Made by a program: the position numbers and the translations under genes. DNA of 45,448 nt from Trypethelium eluteriae (taxonomy: Eukaryota), in the NCBI GenBank assembly GCA_051942245.1, contig JAVECL010000136.1:1-45448 (forward strand). Reading direction: 5' to 3'. Shown here in pieces: positions 23,767-34,300 of the stretch. The notes under the pieces were generated by a model. The model saw only the letters and a list, made by a program, of their open reading frames with translations. It was not told where the DNA came from and ran no database searches. Each line of letters opens with the position of its first letter. Position 1 is the first letter of the stretch.

Positions 23767-25458
23767 ATGGCTTCAATAATACCGCTTGACTCGATAACGT
23801 CTATAACAGCCACTGTCTTTCGGAATACGACGCCGCCAATCATGACGTCTCCGGAGCAAATCATAGAACAATACGAGTCTCGCTATGATCAAGGCATTTC
23901 AACAGGCAATATTCGACATTTCATCTACCCCTGGGACACTATAGGTGAAGCTCTAGTCCTTATATATCTTTTCATTCCATTACGCTCAAAGTTCCTTCAG
24001 AAATATGGCGCCATCCTCGTATGGTCTTTCAATTTTCTCACCAGCGTCTATGTTATTCGATATTGCCGATGCCGTGGTATGGCGCCAGCTTTTGGTCTCG
24101 GCTTGATTAAGCTCTGGTCAGTCCTCTGGACTTCGATAATGATATTAGTCCACGACTGCAAGACAGACTTTCGAAGGATTGACAGAGTCCTCTATGCAAG
24201 TCCTGAAAAAGATCCGACGGACAATGCTACCTCCACCGCAGTTCAAACATTCGACCTTGCTGAGTCAAGACAAAGACATCGAGGGAGCTCGACGCAGATT
24301 ACGCGAGGCTCAAATAGCCAACCAGTCGAAAAGGCAAGAGATCATAGTCTACTTGTTTGGCAAGACTATCCTGCTACATCCCTCCTCCGTCGAATAGATT
24401 GGGTGTTAGATCTATATACGAACTTCAGGGGCATGAGCTGGAACTGGCGCATTGCTGGACCGCCTCCAATTCCAGATTGGGTTGAAAGCCGATTCGAAGG
24501 TCATTCTGATAGCGGACCCCCGCGGAAGGGATTTGTAGCTGGCCGGGACGGTACTCGCATGTACTCAAATCTCCACGACCTGCTTGTCGCTAGAGCTAAG
24601 ACCTTCGTGCTGGGGTACTTTGTGATGGATATCTTGAAGAATTTCATGATGCATGACATTTATTTCTTACACGGTGATCGTACTCTACCGCCGCCTAGTT
24701 TTCTGCCAAGCCCTATAAGGGAATCTTATTTCCTAGTACAGAGTTACCGATTGCTGCTCTCCATGGCCATGATGTACACGGCCTTGCATACAGTCTTCGA
24801 TTTGAGTCCTCTTTTCTTTGCAGGCTTGCTTGGTCCAACTCTCATTGGGGTTCGAGGCGAACCCTGGATCTACCCAGATACGTATGGTGCTTTCTCTACC
24901 ATCCTCGACAAAGGCTTGGCCGGCTGGTGGGGAGGCTGGTGGCATCAAACTTTTCGATTTGCCTTTGAAGCAACAGCTAAACGCATTCTTCAAGAGCTGG
25001 GCTTCGACATATCATCATTGTCGGGCAAGGCGTTGCAACTCATCATTGCATTTTCTCTTTCGGGCTGCCTTCACGCCTGCGCGAGTGTCACGCAACTTGG
25101 GCAAACTCATCCAATCACTGGCGCCTTCTCCTTTTTCCTCCTCCAATCTTTGGGTATTCTATTACAAATACTGCTGTCACATCAGTTAAAGAAGATCGGA
25201 GTTGTAGAAAGAACACCGAAGATTCTTCGACGGGCAACGAATCTCATCTTCACCTCTGCATGGCTCTATCTCACAGCGCCACTAATATGTGATGACTTTG
25301 CTGCAGGCGGCATATGGCTATTCGAACCTATCCCTATCAGTCCATTGCGTGGATTAGGTCTTGGCATTGAGGGTACGGGATGGTGGTGCTGGAAAGGATT
25401 TCCCTGGATACACTGGTACCGAGGGCAGCATTGGTGGCAGACTGGATTTATTATGTGA
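23767..25458 (+). CDS. Membrane-bound O-acyltransferase (MBOAT_2/wax-synthase-like)
   Basis: Intronless 563-aa hydrophobic ORF with NFRGMSWNW, GLAGWWGGWWHQTFR, AFSLSGCLH (putative catalytic His) and FFLLQSLG. Confidence 0.8.
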   Translation: MASIIPLDSITSITATVFRNTTPPIMTSPEQIIEQYESRYDQGISTGNIRHFIYPWDTIGEALVLIYLFIPLRSKFLQKYGAILVWSFNFLTSVYVIRYCRCRGMAPAFGLGLIKLWSVLWTSIMILVHDCKTDFRRIDRVLYASPEKDPTDNATSTAVQTFDLAESRQRHRGSSTQITRGSNSQPVEKARDHSLLVWQDYPATSLLRRIDWVLDLYTNFRGMSWNWRIAGPPPIPDWVESRFEGHSDSGPPRKGFVAGRDGTRMYSNLHDLLVARAKTFVLGYFVMDILKNFMMHDIYFLHGDRTLPPPSFLPSPIRESYFLVQSYRLLLSMAMMYTALHTVFDLSPLFFAGLLGPTLIGVRGEPWIYPDTYGAFSTILDKGLAGWWGGWWHQTFRFAFEATAKRILQELGFDISSLSGKALQLIIAFSLSGCLHACASVTQLGQTHPITGAFSFFLLQSLGILLQILLSHQLKKIGVVERTPKILRRATNLIFTSAWLYLTAPLICDDFAAGGIWLFEPIPISPLRGLGLGIEGTGWWCWKGFPWIHWYRGQHWWQTGFIM

Positions 25459-26032
25459 TGTGAAAGTGTTCATGTTCTAGAAGCGTCCGGTTATTGATGA
25501 AGTAGATTTTCTCAGAGTGGAATTTAGCCGAACAGGACTTGGAAGTCTCCCAGAATGGATGCTTTCTATAGGGCATATCATAGAAGAACGTAGAGTCGAC
25601 AGGTTTCACGGAGAAATTGGCGAATCTTCAGCATAAGCGACTATTTATCATGTAAGGAGTACGGTGAGACAATGCAGAATCCGTACCTTAATTAGTGTGA
25701 AGGTGCAGATCAAGACTTGTATTGTTCTATGCAGAAGCTAGCTACAGAGTGGTGAGGCTACGAGGTCTATCCCTCATCAGAGCGTCCAGAGAGGAACCTT
25801 CACACTTGTGCGAATTTGAGTAGGCTGAGTACTGGAGGTAATTCATTATGGTTCTTCACTCGTTCTGCCGTGCTATCGGTTTGATAATCCTACGGCTTCA
25901 TGTAGCTCAGGGTATGAAGATTTTCGTCGACAATCCATATTACTACACAAACTTTCGGGTATGACTGGTCGATGCCAGGTAACCGGTTTCTCCATGCCGA
26001 GTTGACCATCTGTTCGTCAGGTCTCGTCATCG

Positions 26033-26185
26033 CTAGGCATGTTCGTCATTTGGGTCCCATCCAGCGGTTGGCTCATATCCTTTAGGTTTTACTTTCGATG
26101 GGTGTTTGTGGTGGAAGTCCGCGATCTTGTCTTGACATCCTTCCAAGTGGTCTGGTGTCAACCAAGTAGGTGGGTTCGTAGGGTC
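26033..26185 (-). mobile_element. Probable relic of a Ty3/Gypsy (chromovirus) integrase C-terminal chromodomain
   Basis: Translation NPPTWLTPDHLEGCQDKIADFHHKHPSKVKP resembles, from memory, the TW-x-P-x3-L...I-x2-FH-x3-P-x-K-P tail of fungal chromoviral integrases. No LTR or other domains are visible. Confidence 0.4.
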
Positions 26186-26550
26186 ACAGATCAGCGCGTC
26201 CAAAGAGGAACGTTCACAAGTGGGGTGGAGTGGAGTGGGTGATTGGAAATGCTTTGATACTATGGTATGTTGTAGGCGAAATTTTGGCAGGATAGGCGAA
26301 TTCTCGACCACCCCCCTCGTTCAGCTTCAGACCGAAGACGTCGCCATCACCATACAACATCATCCAACTCCCTTTACGTTCACAGCTTATAGTCAAGCAT
26401 CCTTCAGACCTCGGGACTTGACCAGTTCTTGCGTCATATGCTCCAAGGTCCCTTTTGCATCTGTCTCAAAACCGATCTTTGCAGAAAGGCCATTCGCCGA
26501 TAAAGACGTATCCGCGTTGAACACCCATATCCTCTGCCTTAACCGCAACC

Positions 26551-27075
26551 ATGAAGCCGTTCTTCAGCGCTCTCAACGCATACGCATGGTTCGTCTGCAC
26601 TCTTTAAGGCTGTCCCTTGCGATGCTAAACTAACTGCGTCATAGTATCGTAATATCGGTCTTCGCCATCGTAATCCTTTCCATCATTGGCGCTCTCTTCG
26701 ACGTACGTCCATTTATCTCTCTTTCAAGCCTTCAGATACCTCTCTCTCCTTCCCCTGTATTCGTTTCTCAAGTCTTCTCAAACTTAAAAGACGAGCCAGG
26801 CTAATATCCTCCTTGCAGACAAAATCAGAAACAATGGTTGGCAGCACCGAGAACGTTGACCCAAACGATGCCCCCAAAGTTGCCGCCGCAGTCTTCGGAG
26901 CTGTGGGTGTCTATGCTGTACGTTGTTTTCCGCCCTTTTCTCCCTCTTCCTGTTCTAGAAGCCTTCATACCTAACGGACTGTGTTTCTTCGATGCAGATC
27001 TTCCTTGTCTTTTGCGCCAGCCAAGCGTGGCTTAACCATCGGGAGAGTCGGAGAGGCGCCATTGCTCTGTCGTGA
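26551..27075 (+). CDS. Small two-TM protein, V-ATPase V0 subunit f / RNASEK-like (yeast YPR170W-B-like), 90 aa
   Basis: Exons 26551-26588, 26645-26702, 26819-26917, 26998-27075; all introns GT-AG with CTAAC/CTAAT branch sites. Product: MKPFFSALNAYACIVISVFAIVILSIIGALFDTKSETMVGSTENVDPNDAPKVAAAVFGAVGVYAIFLVFCASQAWLNHRESRRGAIALS. Confidence 0.82.
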
Positions 27076-27622
27076 CCGTGAAAAACTTCCACAGCTTACG
27101 ACACATATATACAGTCCGAAGTGACATTAGCATCTGCGCGAGTTCCCTATGCGCATACAGGGGAAGAGGCGTCTTCTACAAATGAGGTGGCCCGGCGTTG
27201 GCGTTCTTTTCGGTGCCATGGAAGCTTGTTCCGAAAGTCGTGGGTTTTTGTGTCGATTTTCCAGGAGGCAATTACGAACATATATATTAGAACTATACAG
27301 ACAAGAACCGATTCATTCGCGCAAAAGATTGCCGTGGCATTCATCATTATGTACCCCGTATCAAGTTGCAAGTTATGGAACTTCCAGGGAGAGGACTGTG
27401 GCCTGATGCAGCGAGCGCAGTCTTTTCCACCTGGAGGTCCTTGATCTCGAGGCCTGGCCACGATAATGAGAGCTTCCTCCTACCTTTACTAGGCTGATCC
27501 TAGGCCATTTCCTAGGTTCGGTGCTTGCCGTCTCCACGACGGCGTCGTTTGCTTCAGCATCTCTTGAGTATACGTCGCTTGGCAACTTGTTGGTGATGGA
27601 CAATGAGGACTCCCACAGTCAG

Positions 27623-29421
27623 TCATCCTTCATCGGAATCGCTTTCTGGTTCCATAGAGCGTCGCTTCAACCACTTGCTCATGTAAATCCCACCGTCGAG
27701 CCAATACCCTAATCTGGCGTAGTAGCTCCTCACACCCACACCACTGATTACAGAAAGCTTCTGACTTCCGTGCTCCTCTACCGCTATGCGCTCCGCCTCT
27801 TCCATCAATAGCGCCCCATATCCCTGATGCTGGAATTTCCTCGGGTCTCTAGCATGCACCGGGACTGCGCTTCCGTATACGTGAAGCTCACGCACCAGAC
27901 TCGTCGGTTGGCTCGTCAGCTCCTTCCGGAAGGTATGGGTCTTGCTGCACTTCCTCAGCCTCAAGAGTGCGATCAGAATGTCCTGCTTTGGATCCTCATA
28001 TGCCAAGAACGTCTCCCAACCACCATTTGCCACGTAGTCTCTTCGTACAAGTTCAACCTGCGAAGGCCGGATCTTATTCTTCACCTCATTGATACCCACC
28101 TCTCTTGTCCTCACATCCCGACAGGTCGTCCCAAAATCCTTCATCCTCGACAGCGCCAGCTCTCTCAAGTTCCCATTCTCAACGCCAGATGTGACAAGTG
28201 GCATCGGGATATCGCGCTGCACACGATAGATCCTCGTCCACGGCGGCACTAACGCCAGAATCCTCGCCACCAAATCAATCAACGCATTTGGTGTGTAGTT
28301 CTTATATCTCCCTGTCCTCCACAGTTCATACAACCCGGTCCCCCGAATCACAAGCGTCGGATAGATCTTCAGTCCATCCGTCCGAAAATCCGGATTCGCA
28401 AAGTATTCGCGGAACTGATCAAGGTCGCGCTCCATGCCGACGTTCGGTAGATCCGGCATCATGTGGCTGACGACCTTGAATCCGGCATCTTTCGCGAGCT
28501 TGAACGTCTCGGCGACGGCTGCGACGGTGTGGCCCCGGTTCGTGTCCCGTGCGACGTCCTCGTAGAGCGACTGAACGCCGATTTCGAGCCGGGTGCAGCC
28601 GTAGCGCAGCATTGCCGAGAGGTGCGGGTCGAGGCAGTAGTCGGGCCGTGTCTCGATGGTGATGCCGACGCATTTGATGGTGCTCATTTCGGCGGCGGTG
28701 ACGGCCTCGTCGACGGAGAGGGTCTGGTAGCCGCTGAGGGCATTGTGGAGTTGGGAGATAAACTCTTCGCGGTAAATTTCGGGGAGGGACATGAAGGTGC
28801 CGCCCATGATGATGTATTCGACCTTGTCGACGCTGTGACCGAGAGATTTGATCTGGTCTACCCGGCCTCTTGCTTGTTCGAAGGGGTCGTACCGTGCTCG
28901 TATTGCTCGCATTGAGGTTGGTTCGTATCCGGTGTAGGATTGTGTAGAATACTCAAAGTCTGAGTCTGGTCCACCAGGACAGTAGACGCAGATGTTGCCT
29001 GTGTATGCTATATGGGGGCATCTGTGAGGTTTACACATAACAGCAACAACGGCAATACCCGATGAAGTCCCTGTCCCATGGTCAGCTTAAGAGCATTCAA
29101 AGTTGTGGCATACCTACGTATAGGCTTTGCTATTAGTTTTGGTAAAATGTATTTCTTGTAATGCTCTGGAACAGCAGCAATGATGGCCGTTAGCGGAGGT
29201 TGGGTGCTGAGGTAGTGTTTCTTCGCCATTTGCCCTCGAAGAGTATTCAGATTGATGTCCTTCTTCATCCCTGACCCATCATCCTGAGCTTCATGAGCTT
29301 GGATGAGAGCACCGGCGATGTCTGCGCATGCCCTCATGAAGCGCTCTTTTTCCGGTGGGAGAGTGACATTCTTCGGAGCTCGCGCTTTCGCACGAGTATC
29401 TGTCGTTGTTATCGTCGCCAT
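27623..29421 (-). CDS. ELP3: Elongator catalytic subunit (radical SAM + GNAT)
   Basis: Exons 29421-29118 and 29070-27623. Motifs [49 protein letters not shown]. Confidence 0.97.
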
Positions 29422-29721
29422 GCCAGTGGAATTCGGGGTTTCGACATTGGGAAAGGTCAAAGAGAGGAGAAGAGCGGACGTCTAGGTGTAGTGGGGGGCT
29501 TGATGTATGATTTTCATTTTCATCTGTTACAGCAAAAATGGTCCCGCTCGAGCGGAGCTTGCCGGGACCGAGCAAGGGTGCTTGTGTTGAACCCTGACGA
29601 GCCACTCGAGCCTCCGGAGTTGATCCTCCGCTGGCATCAAGCTCAAGCTTGTTCCAAAGCTTTACATTCCTTCCGATCAATTGCTACTACGCCTCAAATT
29701 CACGCCAAGGGCTGCTCCAAG

Positions 29722-31119
29722 ATGCAGGCTCTCCGGCGACCATTCAGCTGCGCTTTAAAAGCCAGCACGCGACGAAGTTCCTATTCTACAGTCTCTTCAG
29801 CCTATGCCGCTACCAATAGCAACCTCCGCATTAACCAAGACACGAAGGTGATTTACCAGGGCTTTACTGGACGGCAGGGAACGTTAGTCACATCTATAAT
29901 GTACACAAATATTCTAGAATATCGCTGAAAATTGTGCAGGTTCCACGCTGAACAAGCAATCGAATACGGTATGACGAGGAACTATTCTCTGCCACACCAA
30001 GCTGCATGCTAGAGGATGTCAATTGACCATTGCTAGGCACGAATGTGGTTGGAGGAACAAATCCGAAGAAAGCGGGTGAGACACACTTGGGGAAACCGGT
30101 GTTCAAGAATGTGGAGGATGCGGTTAAGCAGACGGGAGCAAATGCTTCTGCAATCTTTGTGCCGTAGGTCAAAATCTGGGTTCTCCTGAGACTGCTGGCT
30201 AAGCATTTTCAGACCGCCACTGGCAGCAAAAGGTATCGAAGAGGCCATAGCTGCCGAGATACCTCTTGTCGTTTGGTGAGTTGACTTTTGCGCTACGCAC
30301 CTTTTAAAGCTAACATTTTACTGCTAGCATCACGGAGGGTATTCCACAGCATGGTATTTTTTGACAAGGAGATAAATTTATTACGACGCTAACGTTTCCA
30401 GACATGGTCCGCATAACCGACATCCTAAAGACCCAGGGAAAGACAAGAATGGTTGGGCCAAATTGCCCTGGCATCATTGCACCTGTAAGGACTCTTTAAT
30501 CTCGTCTCTTGCCGACTTGGGTCTGACACTTCTATCAGGGACAATGCAAGATTGGAATCATGCCAGGTTTCATTCACAAGCGTGGCCGTGTCGGAATTGT
30601 CTCTCGATCTGGTACATTGACATACGAGGCCGTCAATCAAACCACACAAGCCGGACTCGGTCAATCTCTTGTCGTTGGTATTGGAGGAGATCCCTTCTCC
30701 GGCACCAACTTCATCGATTGCTTGAACGTCTTCCTTCAAGACCAGGAAACAGAGGGTATCATTATGATTGGCGAGATTGGTGGCTCAGCGGAAGAGGATG
30801 CGGCTGATTTCTTGAAGAGTAACAATACTCAGAACAAGCCTTGTGTCAGCTTCATTGCCGGTATCTCCGCACCGCCTGGGCGGAGAATGGGTCATGCAGG
30901 TTCGTACTTGCCGCTCCATATTTCCAGCTCATTGAGTGAATTTGCTACGCCCGGAAGCATGAGTACTGACGCGATACAGGTGCAATCGTGAGTGGAGGAA
31001 AAGGTGGTGCCGATTCAAAGATTTCGGCACTTGAAGCCGCAGGTGTTGTTGTGGAACGGAGTCCAGCTGCGCTTGGCAAGACATTGCATTCTGAATTTGT
31101 AAAACGAGATCTCATATAG
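29722..31119 (+). CDS. LSC1: Succinyl-CoA ligase alpha subunit, mitochondrial
   Basis: Eight exons: 29722-29882, 29940-29968, 30037-30163, 30213-30275, 30328-30353, 30402-30484, 30539-30899, 30980-31119. Presequence-like N-terminus; motifs [38 protein letters not shown] (phospho-His). Confidence 0.96.
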
Positions 31120-31489
31120 CCATACCGTCCGTGAGGAAACTTCGTAGCGCGATGGACGTCGAGGGGTGCCGAGCTATGGTTTTGGAATTTGGGGCACTAT
31201 AGAGCGTCAAATTCTTGCGTGTAAATTCGTGTCATACTACATCTTTTATACTGTAGATTCGTGCCCATTTCAAATACAAATTTCCAGACAGATGAGCGTG
31301 TACATATACCGGCAAGACGCCTGCGTAGTTTATATTTTATAAATGCGTGGCACGCATGAGTAAGACAAGCACCGGTGAACCACTAGTACTCCATACTCCC
31401 GCCCAAACTCCGCTGGAACTTTATGTAGCTCCACCAGTTCCGTTGGTCAGCATTTATAGGAGTTCCTTTTCAACATTTGACAGCTCAAA

Positions 31490-32965
31490 ATGCTCTCCGG
31501 CGTCCTCATCTTCAATCAGAAGGGCGAAAATCTCATCCTTCGAGCCTATCGAACCGATTGTCGCCCGCGTCTGGCAGATGTCTTCCGAATCCAGGTCATT
31601 TCCAACCCCCAAGTACGCTCGCCTGTTCTTACCTTGGGATCCACCACCTTCAGTCATGTTAAACATGAGAATATTTACCTCGTGGCAATCACCAAAAGCA
31701 ATGCCAATGCCGCCCTTGTGTTCGAGTTTCTTTACCGGCTGATTGGGCTGGGAAAGTCATACTTTGGAAAATTTGACGAAGAGGCCGTCAAAAATAACTT
31801 TGTTCTTATATATGAGCTACTAGATGGTGTGTCTCAATCACAATGCGACCCAGCTTGAACGACTATGCTAACTCTAAGGACAACAGAAATTCTGGACTTT
31901 GGCTACCCACAGAACACCGAGACGGAAACACTCAAAATGTACATTACGACAGAAGGTGTCAAGTCCGAACGAGCAATGGTATGCAATTTGGTGGGGCTTG
32001 AATATGTCGAAGTTAACGAAACTCGTAGGAAGATTCATCAAAGATCACAATGCAAGCAACTGGTGCACTCTCCTGGCGAAGGGCTGATATAAAATACCGG
32101 AAGAACGAGGCATTTGTTGATGTCATTGAAGATGTCAACCTTTTGATGTCAGCGGCAGGAACTGTCCTCAGGGCAGATGTCAATGGTCAAATCATAATGA
32201 GAGCGTATCTTAGCGGAACGCCGGAATGCAAGTTTGGACTTAATGACCGACTGACACTAGGTGAAGATAATCTCACTATTCCCTCCGGTAACAAAGCAGG
32301 AACGAAAGCGACTAAGGCAGCAGCTGGCAGCGTGACGCTTGAGGATTGTCAATTTCATCAATGTGTTAAACTCGGTAGATTTGATACGGATCGGACTATT
32401 TCATTTATTCCGCCGGATGGAGAGTTTGAGCTCATGCGTTATCGTGCTACTGAGAACGTCAACCTACCCTTCAAGGTCCATGCTATTGTCAACGAACTTG
32501 GAAAGACCAAGGTGGAATACAGCATTGCCATACGTGCAAACTACGGCAACAAATTATTCGCTACGAATGTCGTCGTTCGGATTCCGACACCCTTAAATAC
32601 AGCTCGCATCACTGAAAGGACATCACAAGGCAAAGCCAAGTACGAGCCAGAATATAACAATATCGTCTGGAAGATACCCCGTTTTACCGGTCAAAGTGAA
32701 TACGTTCTTTCGGCAGAAGCAACCCTGACTTCAATGACCAACCAAAAGGCTTGGAGTCGGCCACCTCTCAGTCTCAGCTTCTCACTCTTGATGTTTACAA
32801 GCTCTGGCCTGCTCGTCAGATATCTAAAAGTCTTTGAGAAGAACAATTACAGTAGTGTCAAGTGGGTGAGATATATGACGCGTGCTGGTAACTACGAAAT
32901 CAGGTATGATGACTTCACTTTTTCTCCAAAAGTCGAGCCACTAATCCTTCTCTTGCAGGTTTTGA
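31490..32965 (+). CDS. APM4: AP-2 adaptor complex mu subunit
   Basis: Exons 31490-31826, 31887-31978, 32029-32903, 32959-32965. Motifs [56 protein letters not shown]; ends KWVRYMTRAGNYEIRF. Confidence 0.95.
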
Positions 32966-33058
32966 AGTCTTACACGCACAACATCGAGTGCACGAGTCCT
33001 TGCGACGCCCTTGAAAATCCACGAGCCAACCATCATCTTCTACATTGCGACCGAAAAC

Positions 33059-34300
33059 ATGGCTTCATCCCATCAGAATAGAGCTGAAGTGATCTCTGAT
33101 ACAAACGTGATCAGTCTTGACGCAAACAGTCTGAAATTTCCGAATGGAAATATTTTGGTGATCCTAGACCTTCACGACGAGGAGGGTTACTGGTTACAGC
33201 TCCACGAGGCAGTCCTTGAAAGTAAATCTGGCAAAATCGCGGAGATTCTCTGCACACGGGCCAAGACTTTGCTGCCTGCGGATCTGCCTCTGCCTGACCC
33301 ACACAAGGTACCATCCAATATTAAACGGATCATTACTCTCCAGGATGATGGGGATCCAGGGAAACTCCCGGCCCTAACATGTGATTTAGCTGCTGCAATT
33401 TCACCGCCTGCAGTAGTAACAATTGGGGATGAAGATAACCCAGCAAATGAGGAAAGCGGGACACGTACGACGCGTGGTACTACTTGGAATGTGCCTAGAT
33501 TCAGAGATACCTTCAAGTCCCTCTTCGCAGCCTTCTATGACGAACCACTCAATATTTCTCGAAACGACATCAAATTAGCGCTCAAACAAAGTGAGAACCT
33601 CGTAGAGATAGCCCAGGCTCTCGACGCAATCTCTGCCATCCGTGCCCAAATCAGCAACGCTCTCCATGAATACAGGCAAAAAATGTACATCGCTATCAGA
33701 GTCGATCCACCGCGATGGCTTAATCTCTCCCTCACCCTGGAATCTGCTCCCATATTCAGTGAATCTATCATTCACATTGTCGGATGCTGGCCTGACTGGC
33801 TCTGGGAAACCTCACGACAGACACTCACTCCGAACCTGGTCAAGCTGATCGATCGCAAGGCGAAGATTCTAGAAGGGCAGTGCGGGGAAATCGATCGCAC
33901 TCTCCTGGTCAACACGATCAACTACGGCGAGGGTGACGAACTTCGCTCTGTCACCTTGAAAGATGATCCCGATGCCTGGTTTGCCGTCGGTATCTTCCGC
34001 GATTGGCTAGTGAAGGAACTTACCAGCGGAATTCGACCAAGCGAGATTGGGAGGTTGTACAGGAAGCTCCGGAAGGGTGGAGAGGCGTATCTAACGAACG
34101 CGGAGGTCGATCCCACAGTGGATTGGGTGGGATCGAATGTCGATCCTGATGGTATCCTCAAGAATCTTGGCTTGATGAAGGAATTTGCCTCGAAGGCAGT
34201 CCAGAACATATGCGAAAATGGGCTCATCGTGTCTCCGGAAGCTTTGGACTTGGGCTACTTGACTTGCGTGGATATCCGTGAGGAGGACTACCCTTGGTAA
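33059..34300 (+). CDS. Uncharacterised fungal protein, possibly BTB/POZ-like
   Basis: Intronless ORF of about 413 aa from ATG 33059. N-terminal FPNGNILVIL...LQLHEAVLES resembles the start of a BTB fold; DPPRWLNLSLTLESAPIFSESIIHIVG resembles a recurrent ascomycete hypothetical family (from memory). Confidence 0.7.
   Translation: MASSHQNRAEVISDTNVISLDANSLKFPNGNILVILDLHDEEGYWLQLHEAVLESKSGKIAEILCTRAKTLLPADLPLPDPHKVPSNIKRIITLQDDGDPGKLPALTCDLAAAISPPAVVTIGDEDNPANEESGTRTTRGTTWNVPRFRDTFKSLFAAFYDEPLNISRNDIKLALKQSENLVEIAQALDAISAIRAQISNALHEYRQKMYIAIRVDPPRWLNLSLTLESAPIFSESIIHIVGCWPDWLWETSRQTLTPNLVKLIDRKAKILEGQCGEIDRTLLVNTINYGEGDELRSVTLKDDPDAWFAVGIFRDWLVKELTSGIRPSEIGRLYRKLRKGGEAYLTNAEVDPTVDWVGSNVDPDGILKNLGLMKEFASKAVQNICENGLIVSPEALDLGYLTCVDIREEDYPW

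Noticed and set aside
1..25458. Secondary-metabolite cluster suggested by the NmrA-like, ABC transporter and MBOAT acyltransferase genes
   Set aside because: No PKS, NRPS or terpene synthase is present, and the three genes are scattered among conserved housekeeping genes.
29293..29721. Apparent 143-aa N-terminal extension of LSC1 in ORF 29293..29928
   Set aside because: It overlaps ELP3 antisense and the shared promoter; the ATG at 29722 gives a typical mitochondrial presequence.
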